Positions 27,151-35,846 of a stretch of 37,162 nt of DNA are shown here, in pieces. Every line of letters begins with the position of its first letter. Positions within the stretch are counted from its first letter, which is position 1. The stretch spans positions 1 to 37,162 of the forward strand of contig JAGHBF010000114.1 in assembly GCA_021161165.1 (NCBI GenBank). Reading direction: 5' to 3'. The stretch is from Candidatus Aminicenantes bacterium (GTDB taxonomy: Bacteria > Acidobacteriota > Aminicenantia > S016-38). A model generated the notes under the pieces. It searched no databases. It had not been told where the DNA came from and was given only the letters and a program-made list of their open reading frames with translations. Position numbers and translations under genes: made by a program.

Positions 27151-28247
27151 AGGATTTGCAGGGAGAGATACTGAATTTTCTGAGAGATATAGTGGAACAT
27201 GAAAGTCCTACATCGGATAGGGAAGCAGTTAATTCCCTTGGTGAAAAGCTTAAGGAAAAGTTTATAAAGTACCTTCCTGAGGCCAAAACTTACGGAGACG
27301 AATATAGTGTATTTCTTCTGAGAAAAGGAAAGGGAAATTCAATTTTTATTTCCCATATAGATACTGTTCATCCAATAGGAACCATAAAAATTAATCCTTT
27401 CAGGAAAGAGAACGGAAAAGTTTTTGGTCCTGGAGCTCTGGATATGAAAGCAGGGGTGGTAGCCCTTTATTTCGCTATAAAAATTGTATCTGAACACGGT
27501 CTCCTTCCGGATTTTGCTTTTCTTATGAATACCGAAGAAGAAGAAGGTTCCTCACACACCCGTGATTATATGAAGAGAATTTCCCGAGATTACAAGTATT
27601 GCTTCAGCCTTGAGCCTTCCGGTCCTGATGGGAAACTTAAAACATCAAGGAAGGGTGTAATATCTCTAAAGATAAGCGTAAAGGGAAGAATGGCGCACGC
27701 TGGGCTTGCTCCTGAAAAAGGGGTCAATGCAATTGATGAATTGATAGACCAGCTTTCTGAGCTTCGGGAATGGATTTCCGTCAGAGAAGGAAGTTTTACC
27801 ATAGGAGTGATTCGTGGAGGGGAAAAGCCAAACGTGGTTCCCGGGGATGCATTTGCGCTTGTAGATATAAGGTTCGAGAAGGAAGGTTTTTCAGAGATGC
27901 TCAATGAATACATGAATAATATTTCTCCTGTAAGAAAGGGAGCCATTGTCACAATGAATTTTGAATCCTTTGTTCCTCCCCTTATACCATCACTTCAGCA
28001 GAGAAAACTCTACACAAGACTCAAAAACCTTCTTTCAGGAATTGGAGTAGAAATAGAAGAGACCCATTCTGCCGGGGGAAGCGATGCTTCGTGGTTTTCC
28101 AGATGGGGACTTGCAGCCATAGATGGGCTTGGACCTTCGGGCGAGGGGGCTCATTCTGAAAATGAGTTTCTGTATTTTGAGTCGTTAAAGCAGAGAATCC
28201 TTATATTGACATATATCCTTATGCATTTGAAGGAATTAACTCCCTGA
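27117..28247 (+). CDS. M20-family metallopeptidase / deacylase (carboxypeptidase G2-like)
   Basis: 376 aa with SHIDTVHP, GPGALDMKAG, NTEEEEGS and HSAGGSDAS. GGAGGT lies 7 nt before the ATG. It overlaps the UXS-like gene by 34 nt. Confidence 0.75.
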   Translation: MVQKKDIEKRIEDLQGEILNFLRDIVEHESPTSDREAVNSLGEKLKEKFIKYLPEAKTYGDEYSVFLLRKGKGNSIFISHIDTVHPIGTIKINPFRKENGKVFGPGALDMKAGVVALYFAIKIVSEHGLLPDFAFLMNTEEEEGSSHTRDYMKRISRDYKYCFSLEPSGPDGKLKTSRKGVISLKISVKGRMAHAGLAPEKGVNAIDELIDQLSELREWISVREGSFTIGVIRGGEKPNVVPGDAFALVDIRFEKEGFSEMLNEYMNNISPVRKGAIVTMNFESFVPPLIPSLQQRKLYTRLKNLLSGIGVEIEETHSAGGSDASWFSRWGLAAIDGLGPSGEGAHSENEFLYFESLKQRILILTYILMHLKELTP

Positions 28248-29364
28248 ACAGGTTTATGTAGGCCTTTTCCATTTCTTCAACCGAGAAAATTTTTGCTCTT
28301 TTCCTTCCCTCTTCTCCCATTTTTTTGCGAATCTCCGGATTGTTTAAAAGGTAGACGACCTTTTCTGCAAATAGTTCAGGGGATGAGGGTGGAACCAGGA
28401 ATCCTGTTATACCGTCCAGAATTGCCTCTTTGTTCCCATCAATAGCAGAGGCCACAACAGGTTTTCCTGCTGCCATCGCCTCAGGAATAACTCTTGGAAG
28501 TCCCTCCCACAGGGATGTGAGGACAAAAACGTCAAATGTGGACATTATCTCTTCCACATCCTCCCTCCAGCCGGTAAATACCATTTTTTCCTTTATTCCC
28601 AATCTATAGGCAAACTCTTCTGCCTTCTTTTTTAAAACTCCTTCTCCAACCATTATGAACTGGGCTTGAATCCTATTCAGGACCTCTGCTGCCATTTTAA
28701 CAAAGTCAAGGGGTGCCTTCTGGGGTTTAAAGCAGGCAACGGTTCCAACTACAGGGAGCTCAGGGTCTGCTCCGATCTCTCTAAGTTTTTCCTCTTTTTT
28801 TACTTTGACATTTGAGAACCTCTCAAGGGCAATTCCAGAATAGACAATACGGTAATTTTTTTTATTTATTATTTTCCATTTCTGGCCTTTTTTTAAGGTT
28901 TCTTTCCCCACGGGAAGGAAATATGTTGTTATCATAGAGGTTATTCTTTCTGCAGTGAGAAGGAGTTTTCTTTTTAAAGGACTTTGCAAAGGTGTTATTC
29001 CGAATCCGTGTATTGTGTGCACCCTTACAGGAATTCCTGCAAGCCATGCCGCCCATCTGCCTATAATGCCTGCCTTTGAACTATGAGTGAAGACTGCAAT
29101 AGGTTTTTCTTTTTTCAGTATTTTGAAAATACGGTATAGGGCAATTGCATCTTTTAGGGGATTAATAGGCCTTATCATCTGTTTTACATTTATGTGAACT
29201 GTGGAAGGCAAATTGTCTGCTTCACTATCAAGATAATCTCTCACTCCTGATATAAGCAGGTTTTCATAGCCTTCTTTTGCGAGGGCTCTGCAAATTTGGA
29301 GCGCATGGATCTGTGCTCCTCCAAATTCGAGCTGGGTTATTATTGTGGCAATTTTTCCCCTCAC
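28219..29364 (-). CDS. Glycosyltransferase family 4
   Basis: 381 aa with a GTG start. It has an N-terminal FGGAQIH and the E-x7-E region SLWEGLPRVIPEAMAAGKPVVAS. Confidence 0.8.
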   Translation of the reverse strand: MRGKIATIITQLEFGGAQIHALQICRALAKEGYENLLISGVRDYLDSEADNLPSTVHINVKQMIRPINPLKDAIALYRIFKILKKEKPIAVFTHSSKAGIIGRWAAWLAGIPVRVHTIHGFGITPLQSPLKRKLLLTAERITSMITTYFLPVGKETLKKGQKWKIINKKNYRIVYSGIALERFSNVKVKKEEKLREIGADPELPVVGTVACFKPQKAPLDFVKMAAEVLNRIQAQFIMVGEGVLKKKAEEFAYRLGIKEKMVFTGWREDVEEIMSTFDVFVLTSLWEGLPRVIPEAMAAGKPVVASAIDGNKEAILDGITGFLVPPSSPELFAEKVVYLLNNPEIRKKMGEEGRKRAKIFSVEEMEKAYINLFRELIPSNA

Positions 29365-29384
29365 GATGTTAATATTCTATCATC

Positions 29385-30140
29385 ATGGATTTGAGAGAGC
29401 AGATAACAAAAAGAAGTATTAAAAAAAGAAAGAAGTTCATCCTTGCTGAGGAAAAAATCGATGGGGACAAAACTCTGGAACTTGGATGTTCTGCTGCCGG
29501 ACTTTCAAGGATGCTTCGAAGAGGATACTGGGTGGGTTATGACCTTGATGAGGATGTTGTAAGGGAATACTCACAATATTTGAAAGTACCTGCTGTTGTG
29601 GGAAGAGAAAAACTTCCCTTCAAAGATGAAAGTTTTTCAAGCGTTCTAATGTTTGATTTCCTGGAGCATGTGGATGAAGACAGTCTTCTTCTTAGAGAGA
29701 CGAAAAGAGTACTCAAAAGAGGAGGAAGGGTAATAATCACCACCCCCAGAGCAGGCAGGCTTTTTATCATAAAATTCAGAAATTTCATAGGGCTTAGAAA
29801 GGAAGCCTATGGGCATAAGAGGGAAGGTTATACGCCTGATGAACTTATAACCATGGTGAAAAAGGAGGGATTTAAAATAAAGGAAATCTCTCTTTACTCT
29901 GGTTTTTTTGTGGAATTTCTTGAGGCCATTCAGAACGCAATTTATTTCAGGATAAGCAGAAATAAGAAAGATCGTCGTTCTGGTAATATAAGCCCTGTCC
30001 AGGAAGAAGAATTTAAAAAATTGAAAAAGCTACTATTATTTCAAAAAATTGCCTTTCCATTCTTTTTACTTGCAGATTTTATTGACAGGATTTTCAAAAC
30101 GAAAAGACATGTAATATTTCTCACAGGTGAGAAGGAATGA
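29385..30140 (+). CDS. Class I SAM-dependent methyltransferase
   Basis: 251 aa with motif I LELGCSAAG, FDFLEHV and VLKRGGRVIITTP. Confidence 0.7.
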   Translation: MDLREQITKRSIKKRKKFILAEEKIDGDKTLELGCSAAGLSRMLRRGYWVGYDLDEDVVREYSQYLKVPAVVGREKLPFKDESFSSVLMFDFLEHVDEDSLLLRETKRVLKRGGRVIITTPRAGRLFIIKFRNFIGLRKEAYGHKREGYTPDELITMVKKEGFKIKEISLYSGFFVEFLEAIQNAIYFRISRNKKDRRSGNISPVQEEEFKKLKKLLLFQKIAFPFFLLADFIDRIFKTKRHVIFLTGEKE

Positions 30141-30715
30141 AACTATATTTGATTAATACATATCACAGGGAAAAAGAAAAAAAGATAAAGGGATATGTAA
30201 GCTTTCTCGAAGAACTTGGCGTTTCCCCTCAGGTTCTGGATGAGGATGAACTTTACAGGGTGGATGGACCTGTGATTATTAGTGGGTCACATAAAATGGT
30301 TGGAAATGGTGAGGTCTCAGACAGGTTAAGAGAGTTTATAGAGGAATGCAGATATCCACTTCTGGGGATATGTTACGGGCACCAGGCTATGATACGTGTT
30401 TTGGGTGGAGAGGTTCAAAGGTGTAAAAAATATCATAAAGGCAGAGAGAAGATTTTTAGGCTAAAACACCATCCTCTTCTTGAAACCCTTGGGGCTGAGT
30501 TTTTTGTGGAAGAGTCCCATTATGAGTGTGTGCGAAAGGTCCCGGATGAATTTGAAGTTCTGGCTATTAGCAAAGATGAAGAAGATGGTGAAATAATAGA
30601 AGTTGTCTCCCACAGGAAAAGTTATTTATATGGGACACAGTTTCACCCTGAAAGAAGCGGTGAAAACGGTAAGATTTTGATGCAAAATTTCCTTAAACTT
30701 GCAGGATTTAGTTGA
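30137..30715 (+). CDS. Stand-alone class I glutamine amidotransferase
   Basis: 192 aa with the nucleophile elbow GICYGHQ and His/Glu TQFHPE. It has an ATGA overlap with the upstream methyltransferase. Confidence 0.75.
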   Translation: MKLYLINTYHREKEKKIKGYVSFLEELGVSPQVLDEDELYRVDGPVIISGSHKMVGNGEVSDRLREFIEECRYPLLGICYGHQAMIRVLGGEVQRCKKYHKGREKIFRLKHHPLLETLGAEFFVEESHYECVRKVPDEFEVLAISKDEEDGEIIEVVSHRKSYLYGTQFHPERSGENGKILMQNFLKLAGFS

Positions 30716-30910
30716 AAAGTTGACCTTTTCCTTTCCTGAGATCGTAAAAACCTGTAAAAATTAATTAAATTCAGGGCTCTTCTTTTCAGTTTTAGAATAT
30801 TTTTGTTTGGTAAAAATTTTTTCGGCTTTAGTAACACACTGAAGATAAATCTGAGGTTTTTGCAACATTTCTAAGGGAAATTCGTTTAATTAAGAGAAAG
30901 GAGGTGTCTT

Positions 30911-31126
30911 ATGAAAAGGCTTTACAGAAGCAGAAAGGATAGAAAAATCGGCGGTATTTGTGGAGGGCTTGGAGAATATTTCAACATTGACCCAAATCTG
31001 GTGAGACTGGCGATGGTGTTTTTGGCTCTAATAACAGCAGTGGTGCCTTTTATCCTCGCCTATGTAATAGCATGGATAATTATTCCTCTTGAGCCTGCTG
31101 AAGAAGTGAAAAAATCAGAGGGCTAA
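30911..31126 (+). CDS. PspC-domain membrane protein
   Basis: 71 aa with RKIGGICGGLGEYFNIDPNLVRLAMVF followed by a TM segment. SD geometry is GGAGGTG-N4-ATG. Confidence 0.8.
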   Translation: MKRLYRSRKDRKIGGICGGLGEYFNIDPNLVRLAMVFLALITAVVPFILAYVIAWIIIPLEPAEEVKKSEG

Positions 31127-31890
31127 AAAAGAGTTTGCTGTTTAATTGGTTCTTTAAAAAGATATGATGAAAACAAAACTGTTGAGGTAGGTTCTCTATC
31201 CGCAGGGATTACTGCGCTTACCCATTCGTTTCCCACCTCCTTTATATATCCCAGGAAAAGGTCTTTATTCGCTTTCCTGAAACTGAGTAACGCTCCCTTT
31301 TCAGGGGTTATTCCCAGTTTTACAGGGAAAAGGGAGGCCCTCGGAATTACGGTTTCCCTGGTTTTTTTGAAGAATTCCTGAAACTTTCTTATTCTATGAA
31401 TTGCTCTTTCTTTTGGACCCCTCCTTTTCACATTAGGGTCTCTTTCCATTTTCACAACTTTGGTGCTGATAGATGCTATAAATTCTTCCCAGGAATGGTC
31501 GCTTGAAGGGAATGCTACCACAAGGTCAGGTTGAAGGATTTCAATTTTTGCTTTCTTTATTTCCAGACCATGGGGAAATTCAACATACCCTGTGGTATCC
31601 ACCACTATTCTCCCCTGTTTGTTCATTCTCGAGACTCCTGAAAGGAACCTGAAAGGATGAGCTCTGGGAGAAGAAAACCCATAGAAGAAAAATTGTTTAC
31701 CTTCTCTGTTCATTGAAGTTATGGTGGTGGGAAGCCCCAGAGTTGACTGCCCAACATCGGTATCAATTGCGGTGAATCTGTAGCCTCTTTTTTTCCATAG
31801 TTCTATTATTTTTCTGAAAAGAAAGCTTTTCCCGCTGTCTACAGGACCAATAATTAATATTCTCCTGTGAAGGAGGAAAACCTCTTCCAT
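31123..31890 (-). CDS. Clp1/Grc3-family P-loop protein (putative polynucleotide 5'-hydroxyl kinase), kinase domain only
   Basis: 255 aa. It has Walker A IIGPVDSGKSF, then AIDTDVGQSTLGLPTTI, FYGFSSP, Walker-B-like IVVDTTGYV, and the Arg-rich segment KRRGPKERAIHRIRKFQEFF. The order and wording match my recollection of the Clp1 kinase domain. Confidence 0.6.
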   Translation of the reverse strand: MEEVFLLHRRILIIGPVDSGKSFLFRKIIELWKKRGYRFTAIDTDVGQSTLGLPTTITSMNREGKQFFFYGFSSPRAHPFRFLSGVSRMNKQGRIVVDTTGYVEFPHGLEIKKAKIEILQPDLVVAFPSSDHSWEEFIASISTKVVKMERDPNVKRRGPKERAIHRIRKFQEFFKKTRETVIPRASLFPVKLGITPEKGALLSFRKANKDLFLGYIKEVGNEWVSAVIPADREPTSTVLFSSYLFKEPIKQQTLF

Positions 31891-31943
31891 ATGAACATTT
31901 TAAGCTCTGGATAAAAAAAACAGAAATCCTTATAATTAACAGG

Positions 31944-32675
31944 ATGGAAGTAGAAGGCTTAAAAGGTAAGGCAGCAGAACTTGCCAGGAGTTTGATAGAA
32001 GAAAAATTACCTGTCCATGTAGCCTTTATAATGGACGGTAACGGAAGATGGGCTCAAAAAAGAGGGTTTCCCAGGGTTAAAGGACACGAACGGGGGGCTA
32101 AAACCCTGAGAAGAGTGGTTAAAGTGTCAGCCCGTCTGGGAATAAAATACGTAACCGCATTTTCCTTTAGCAAGGAGAACTGGAATAGACCCAGGGAAGA
32201 GGTTGATTTTCTTTTAAACCTTCTTAGAAGATACCTTAAAAATGAAGTGGGGACCCTTAAAAAGCACAGAATAAAGCTAAAAATTGCCGGTGATAAAGAG
32301 GAACTACCGGAGGATATTCAGGAAAAAATAGAAAAGGCAGAGAAGGAAACCTCTTCAGGAGATAGGCTTGAACTCATTCTGGCGCTTAATTATGGGGGAA
32401 GAGCAGAAATTTTGAAGGCTGCGAAGGGAATGGCAGAGGAGGACGAGTTTTCAATGGAGGCTTTCAGGAGGCACCTTTACCTTCCATATGTGCCGGACCC
32501 TGACCTCCTTATAAGAACAAGTGGAGAGATGAGAATCAGCAATTTTCTACTCTGGCAGATAGCATATACTGAACTTTATTTTACACCAGTGCTCTGGCCA
32601 GATTTCTCGGATGAAGAGTATATAAAAGCCCTTTTAGATTATCAAAGAAGAGAAAGGAGGTTCGGTAGAATATGA
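31944..32675 (+). CDS. uppS: Undecaprenyl (cis-isoprenyl) diphosphate synthase
   Basis: 243 aa with HVAFIMDGNGRWA and IRTSGEMRISNFLLWQ. Confidence 0.92.
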   Translation: MEVEGLKGKAAELARSLIEEKLPVHVAFIMDGNGRWAQKRGFPRVKGHERGAKTLRRVVKVSARLGIKYVTAFSFSKENWNRPREEVDFLLNLLRRYLKNEVGTLKKHRIKLKIAGDKEELPEDIQEKIEKAEKETSSGDRLELILALNYGGRAEILKAAKGMAEEDEFSMEAFRRHLYLPYVPDPDLLIRTSGEMRISNFLLWQIAYTELYFTPVLWPDFSDEEYIKALLDYQRRERRFGRI

Positions 32676-33451
32676 AAGAATTTTTGATCAGGACTTTATC
32701 TGCACTGGGTTTGATAGCTCTAGTTGTGGGAATTACTCTTTTACCTGATGCAGGTTTTTTTATAATAGCTTCCATTTTTCTATCCCTGGCAGCCTGGGAA
32801 ATGGGAGGTCTGATTGCAGGAAGAAATGGTTTTAGATTCCTTGCTCTGGTGAATTTCCTTATTTTAATGTTTTCCCTTAAATTTCACATATTTTTATATG
32901 GATTTCTGGTGGTAATTATCCTGACAGGTCTTTACTCTCTTTTTACCACCGGGAAAGAAGATGTTGAAGGATTTTTTCGTGATGTATCTTCTGCCCTTAT
33001 ACCTCCTTTTATTCTCGCTCCCACACTTTTTCACATTTATCTTATATGGTCAAAGGATAAGTATCAGCTTTATCTGATAATATTCATAATTTCAATAGCA
33101 GATACGGCTGCATATCTCTTTGGAACGAAATTTGGAAAACATAAGATATTCCCTGTAGCCTCGCCAAAGAAAAGCTGGGAAGGTTTTGTGGCTGCTCTTA
33201 TATTTGGTGCGGTTGCTGCCATTTCAGGGATATTGAGAGGGTTTTCTTGTTCCCATATGTTGATAGTCGGTTTTATAACCTCTCTTTTTGCCCAGCTTTC
33301 TGATCCCTTTGAAAGTCTTTTTAAGAGAGCTGCAGGCGTAAAGGACTCCTCAAATTTAATCCCCGGTCATGGAGGAGTTCTTGACCGTATAGATAGCTAT
33401 ATATATGCGGCTCCTGTATTTTATTATCTTTTTCTGTTGATAGGAAAATGA
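32672..33451 (+). CDS. cdsA: Phosphatidate cytidylyltransferase
   Basis: 259 aa and polytopic, with the signature SDPFESLFKRAAGVKDSSNLIPGHGGVLDRIDS. Confidence 0.9.
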   Translation: MKEFLIRTLSALGLIALVVGITLLPDAGFFIIASIFLSLAAWEMGGLIAGRNGFRFLALVNFLILMFSLKFHIFLYGFLVVIILTGLYSLFTTGKEDVEGFFRDVSSALIPPFILAPTLFHIYLIWSKDKYQLYLIIFIISIADTAAYLFGTKFGKHKIFPVASPKKSWEGFVAALIFGAVAAISGILRGFSCSHMLIVGFITSLFAQLSDPFESLFKRAAGVKDSSNLIPGHGGVLDRIDSYIYAAPVFYYLFLLIGK

Positions 33452-34557
33452 AAATATCAGTTTTGGGAAGCACAGGTGTTATTGGAACGCTAACTCTGGA
33501 AATAGCGGAAAGAAATGGCATAGAAGTTATAGGCCTTGCTGCCGGAAGAAATATAGAAAGTCTGAGAAAACAGATAGAAAAATTTAGACCTTCCTATATA
33601 GCTGTTGAAAAGGAAGAAGATGCCAGAATTCTCGGAAAAGATGTCCTATGGGGCGAAGAGGGCCTCATTGCGCTTGCCACATTAAGTGAAGCAGATGTTG
33701 TTGTAATAGCGGTCTCTGGGACCGCCGGGATCCTTCCTACATACGAAGCCGTAAGAGCCGGTAAAAGAGTAGCACTTGCCAATAAAGAATCCCTTGTAAG
33801 CGGTGGCAGAATAATAATAAATGAACTCAAACATTCAGACAGTGTCATAATACCTGTTGATAGTGAGCACAACAGTCTTTTTCAGCTTCTTCAGTATCCT
33901 GAAAAACCTGAAAAGGTTATAATTACCGCTTCTGGTGGCCCTTTTTTCAGGGAGAAACCCGAGAATGTGACAATTAAAGACGTGCTTTCTCACCCGGTGT
34001 GGAATATGGGTAAAAAGATAACAGTTGATTCTGCCACTCTCATGAACAAGGCATTTGAGATGGTGGAAGCGAAATGGCTTTTTGACCTTTCCCCTGAGCA
34101 GATCGGAGTTTTGATACATCCTCAGTCCATAGTTCACTCTATTATCAAAATGAGGGATGGGAGTCTGCTTGCCCATATGAGCCTTCCTGATATGAGAATT
34201 CCAATCCAATATGCTTTGTTTTACCCTGAGAGAAAAGATTCTCCAGCAGGTAGCCTGGACCTTTCAGAGTTGGAGACACTTGAATTTTACAGAGCAGATC
34301 CTGAAAAATATCCTGCTATAGGTTTGGGGTATCGTATGCTGAAGTCTTTACCCAGTTTGTCTGCAGTGATAAATGGTGCCAATGACCAGGCTGTTGAATA
34401 TTTCCTCCAGGGGAAAATTAAGTTCTGTTCAATTTTAGATGTTATAATAAAAGTTTCAAAAAGGCATCAACCTTTTACGCCTTCCTCCATAGAGGATGTG
34501 CTTGGTCTTGTGAAGGAAGGAAAGGAAAGGGTTAAAAAGATAATAGGGGAGTTGTGA
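33448..34557 (+). CDS. dxr: 1-deoxy-D-xylulose 5-phosphate reductoisomerase
   Basis: 369 aa with VLGSTGVIGTLTL, ALANKESLV, VDSEHNSLFQ and HPVWNMGKKITVDSATLMNK. Confidence 0.92.
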   Translation: MKISVLGSTGVIGTLTLEIAERNGIEVIGLAAGRNIESLRKQIEKFRPSYIAVEKEEDARILGKDVLWGEEGLIALATLSEADVVVIAVSGTAGILPTYEAVRAGKRVALANKESLVSGGRIIINELKHSDSVIIPVDSEHNSLFQLLQYPEKPEKVIITASGGPFFREKPENVTIKDVLSHPVWNMGKKITVDSATLMNKAFEMVEAKWLFDLSPEQIGVLIHPQSIVHSIIKMRDGSLLAHMSLPDMRIPIQYALFYPERKDSPAGSLDLSELETLEFYRADPEKYPAIGLGYRMLKSLPSLSAVINGANDQAVEYFLQGKIKFCSILDVIIKVSKRHQPFTPSSIEDVLGLVKEGKERVKKIIGEL

Positions 34558-35846
34558 TGACTATACTTGGGAACATTTTTTGGTTTCTTGTGCTTTTTAC
34601 AATCATAGTAATTGTCCATGAATTCGGCCATTTTGCTACAGCAAAGTTCCTGAAAATAGGTGTGGAAACCTTTTCGATTGGGTTTGGTCCGAGACTTATA
34701 GGTTTTAAGAAAAGGGAAACGGACTATCGTATAAGTTTGGTTCCCCTGGGTGGATATGTGAAATTGATGGGAGAGGAAGAGCCCACAGGAGATCCAAGGG
34801 ATTTCCTTTCAAGACCAAAGTGGCAGAAACTTCTGGTCCTTATTATGGGCCCTGTTATGAACGTTATACTTGCTGTGGCAGTTATGACAGGAGTTTATAT
34901 GGGTGGACTTCAGGAACCGGCTTTCTATTCCCAGCCTGTTAAGGTAGGGTGGGTTGAACCCGGTTCTCCTGCAGATAAGGCAGGGATTAAGAAGGGTGAC
35001 CTCATTATAGAGCTTGCTGGAAAGAAAAATCCCACATGGCGTGATCTGAGAATAATTGTTTCCACCAATGCCGGCCAGAAGGTGAAGGTAGGAATTAAGA
35101 GGGGAAATAAAGTTCTGGAGACGTCCCTTATCCCTGAGAGAGTAGGAAGATATAGCCTTGGCTATTCAGGAATCTATGTTCCCACTGAAGCGGTTGTGGG
35201 GATAATTCTTCCAGGAAGTCCCGCAGAAAGAGCGGGATTAAAAGAGGGGGACAGAATCTTGGAGGTAGATGGAAAAAAAGTGGAGGATTTTTATTCTCTC
35301 AGGGACCTTATAAATGCAACACAGGGAAGGGAAACTATCATCAAAATAAAAAGGAATGGAAGGGTGCTGGAGCTTAAAATAAAACCCAAGAAAATGCAGG
35401 GTAGATGGATGCTCGGCTTTACACCTTTCCAGCCTTCGGTTAAGAAGAAGTTTAATTTCTTTAAAGCTTTATCCTATAGTGCGAAAGAAAACCTCTACTA
35501 TACAACTTTAACCTTTGAAGTGCTGGGAAAACTAATAGCAGGTAAGCTTTCCCCTAAAACCCTGTCTGGTCCCATTGACATAGCGCAGTTTTCCTACGCA
35601 ACTGCCAGTGCGGGTTTAATTCCTTTTCTTAGCTTTCTTGCTTTCGTTTCACTGCAGCTTGCAATAATTAACCTTGTTCCAATTCCAGGTCTTGACGGGG
35701 GTCAGATCTTGATTCTTCTGATTGAAGCAATTATCGGGAGGGAATTAAGCGAACGAGCCAAGGACTGGATTCTTAAAATAGGATTTTCATTAATAATACT
35801 GCTTTCAATTTTTGTCCTTTTCAACGACATTTTGAAGAGATTATGA
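34554..35846 (+). CDS. rseP: RIP site-2 metalloprotease (M50), RseP-type with two PDZ domains
   Basis: 430 aa with HEFGHF, PDZ cores GSPADKAGIKKGDLI and GSPAERAGLKEGDRI, and NLVPIPGLDGG. Confidence 0.9.
   Translation: MMTILGNIFWFLVLFTIIVIVHEFGHFATAKFLKIGVETFSIGFGPRLIGFKKRETDYRISLVPLGGYVKLMGEEEPTGDPRDFLSRPKWQKLLVLIMGPVMNVILAVAVMTGVYMGGLQEPAFYSQPVKVGWVEPGSPADKAGIKKGDLIIELAGKKNPTWRDLRIIVSTNAGQKVKVGIKRGNKVLETSLIPERVGRYSLGYSGIYVPTEAVVGIILPGSPAERAGLKEGDRILEVDGKKVEDFYSLRDLINATQGRETIIKIKRNGRVLELKIKPKKMQGRWMLGFTPFQPSVKKKFNFFKALSYSAKENLYYTTLTFEVLGKLIAGKLSPKTLSGPIDIAQFSYATASAGLIPFLSFLAFVSLQLAIINLVPIPGLDGGQILILLIEAIIGRELSERAKDWILKIGFSLIILLSIFVLFNDILKRL

Noticed and set aside
30716-30910. A 195-nt intergenic gap upstream of the pspC-domain gene, examined for an sRNA, riboswitch, SRP/6S-like RNA or small ORF
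   Set aside because: Only a weak A/T-rich 6-bp hairpin (GAAAAG/CTTTTC, 30714-30730) and a poor -35/-10 candidate are present. There is no ATG-initiated ORF and no conserved RNA motif that I recognise. The region most likely holds only a promoter and 5' UTR.
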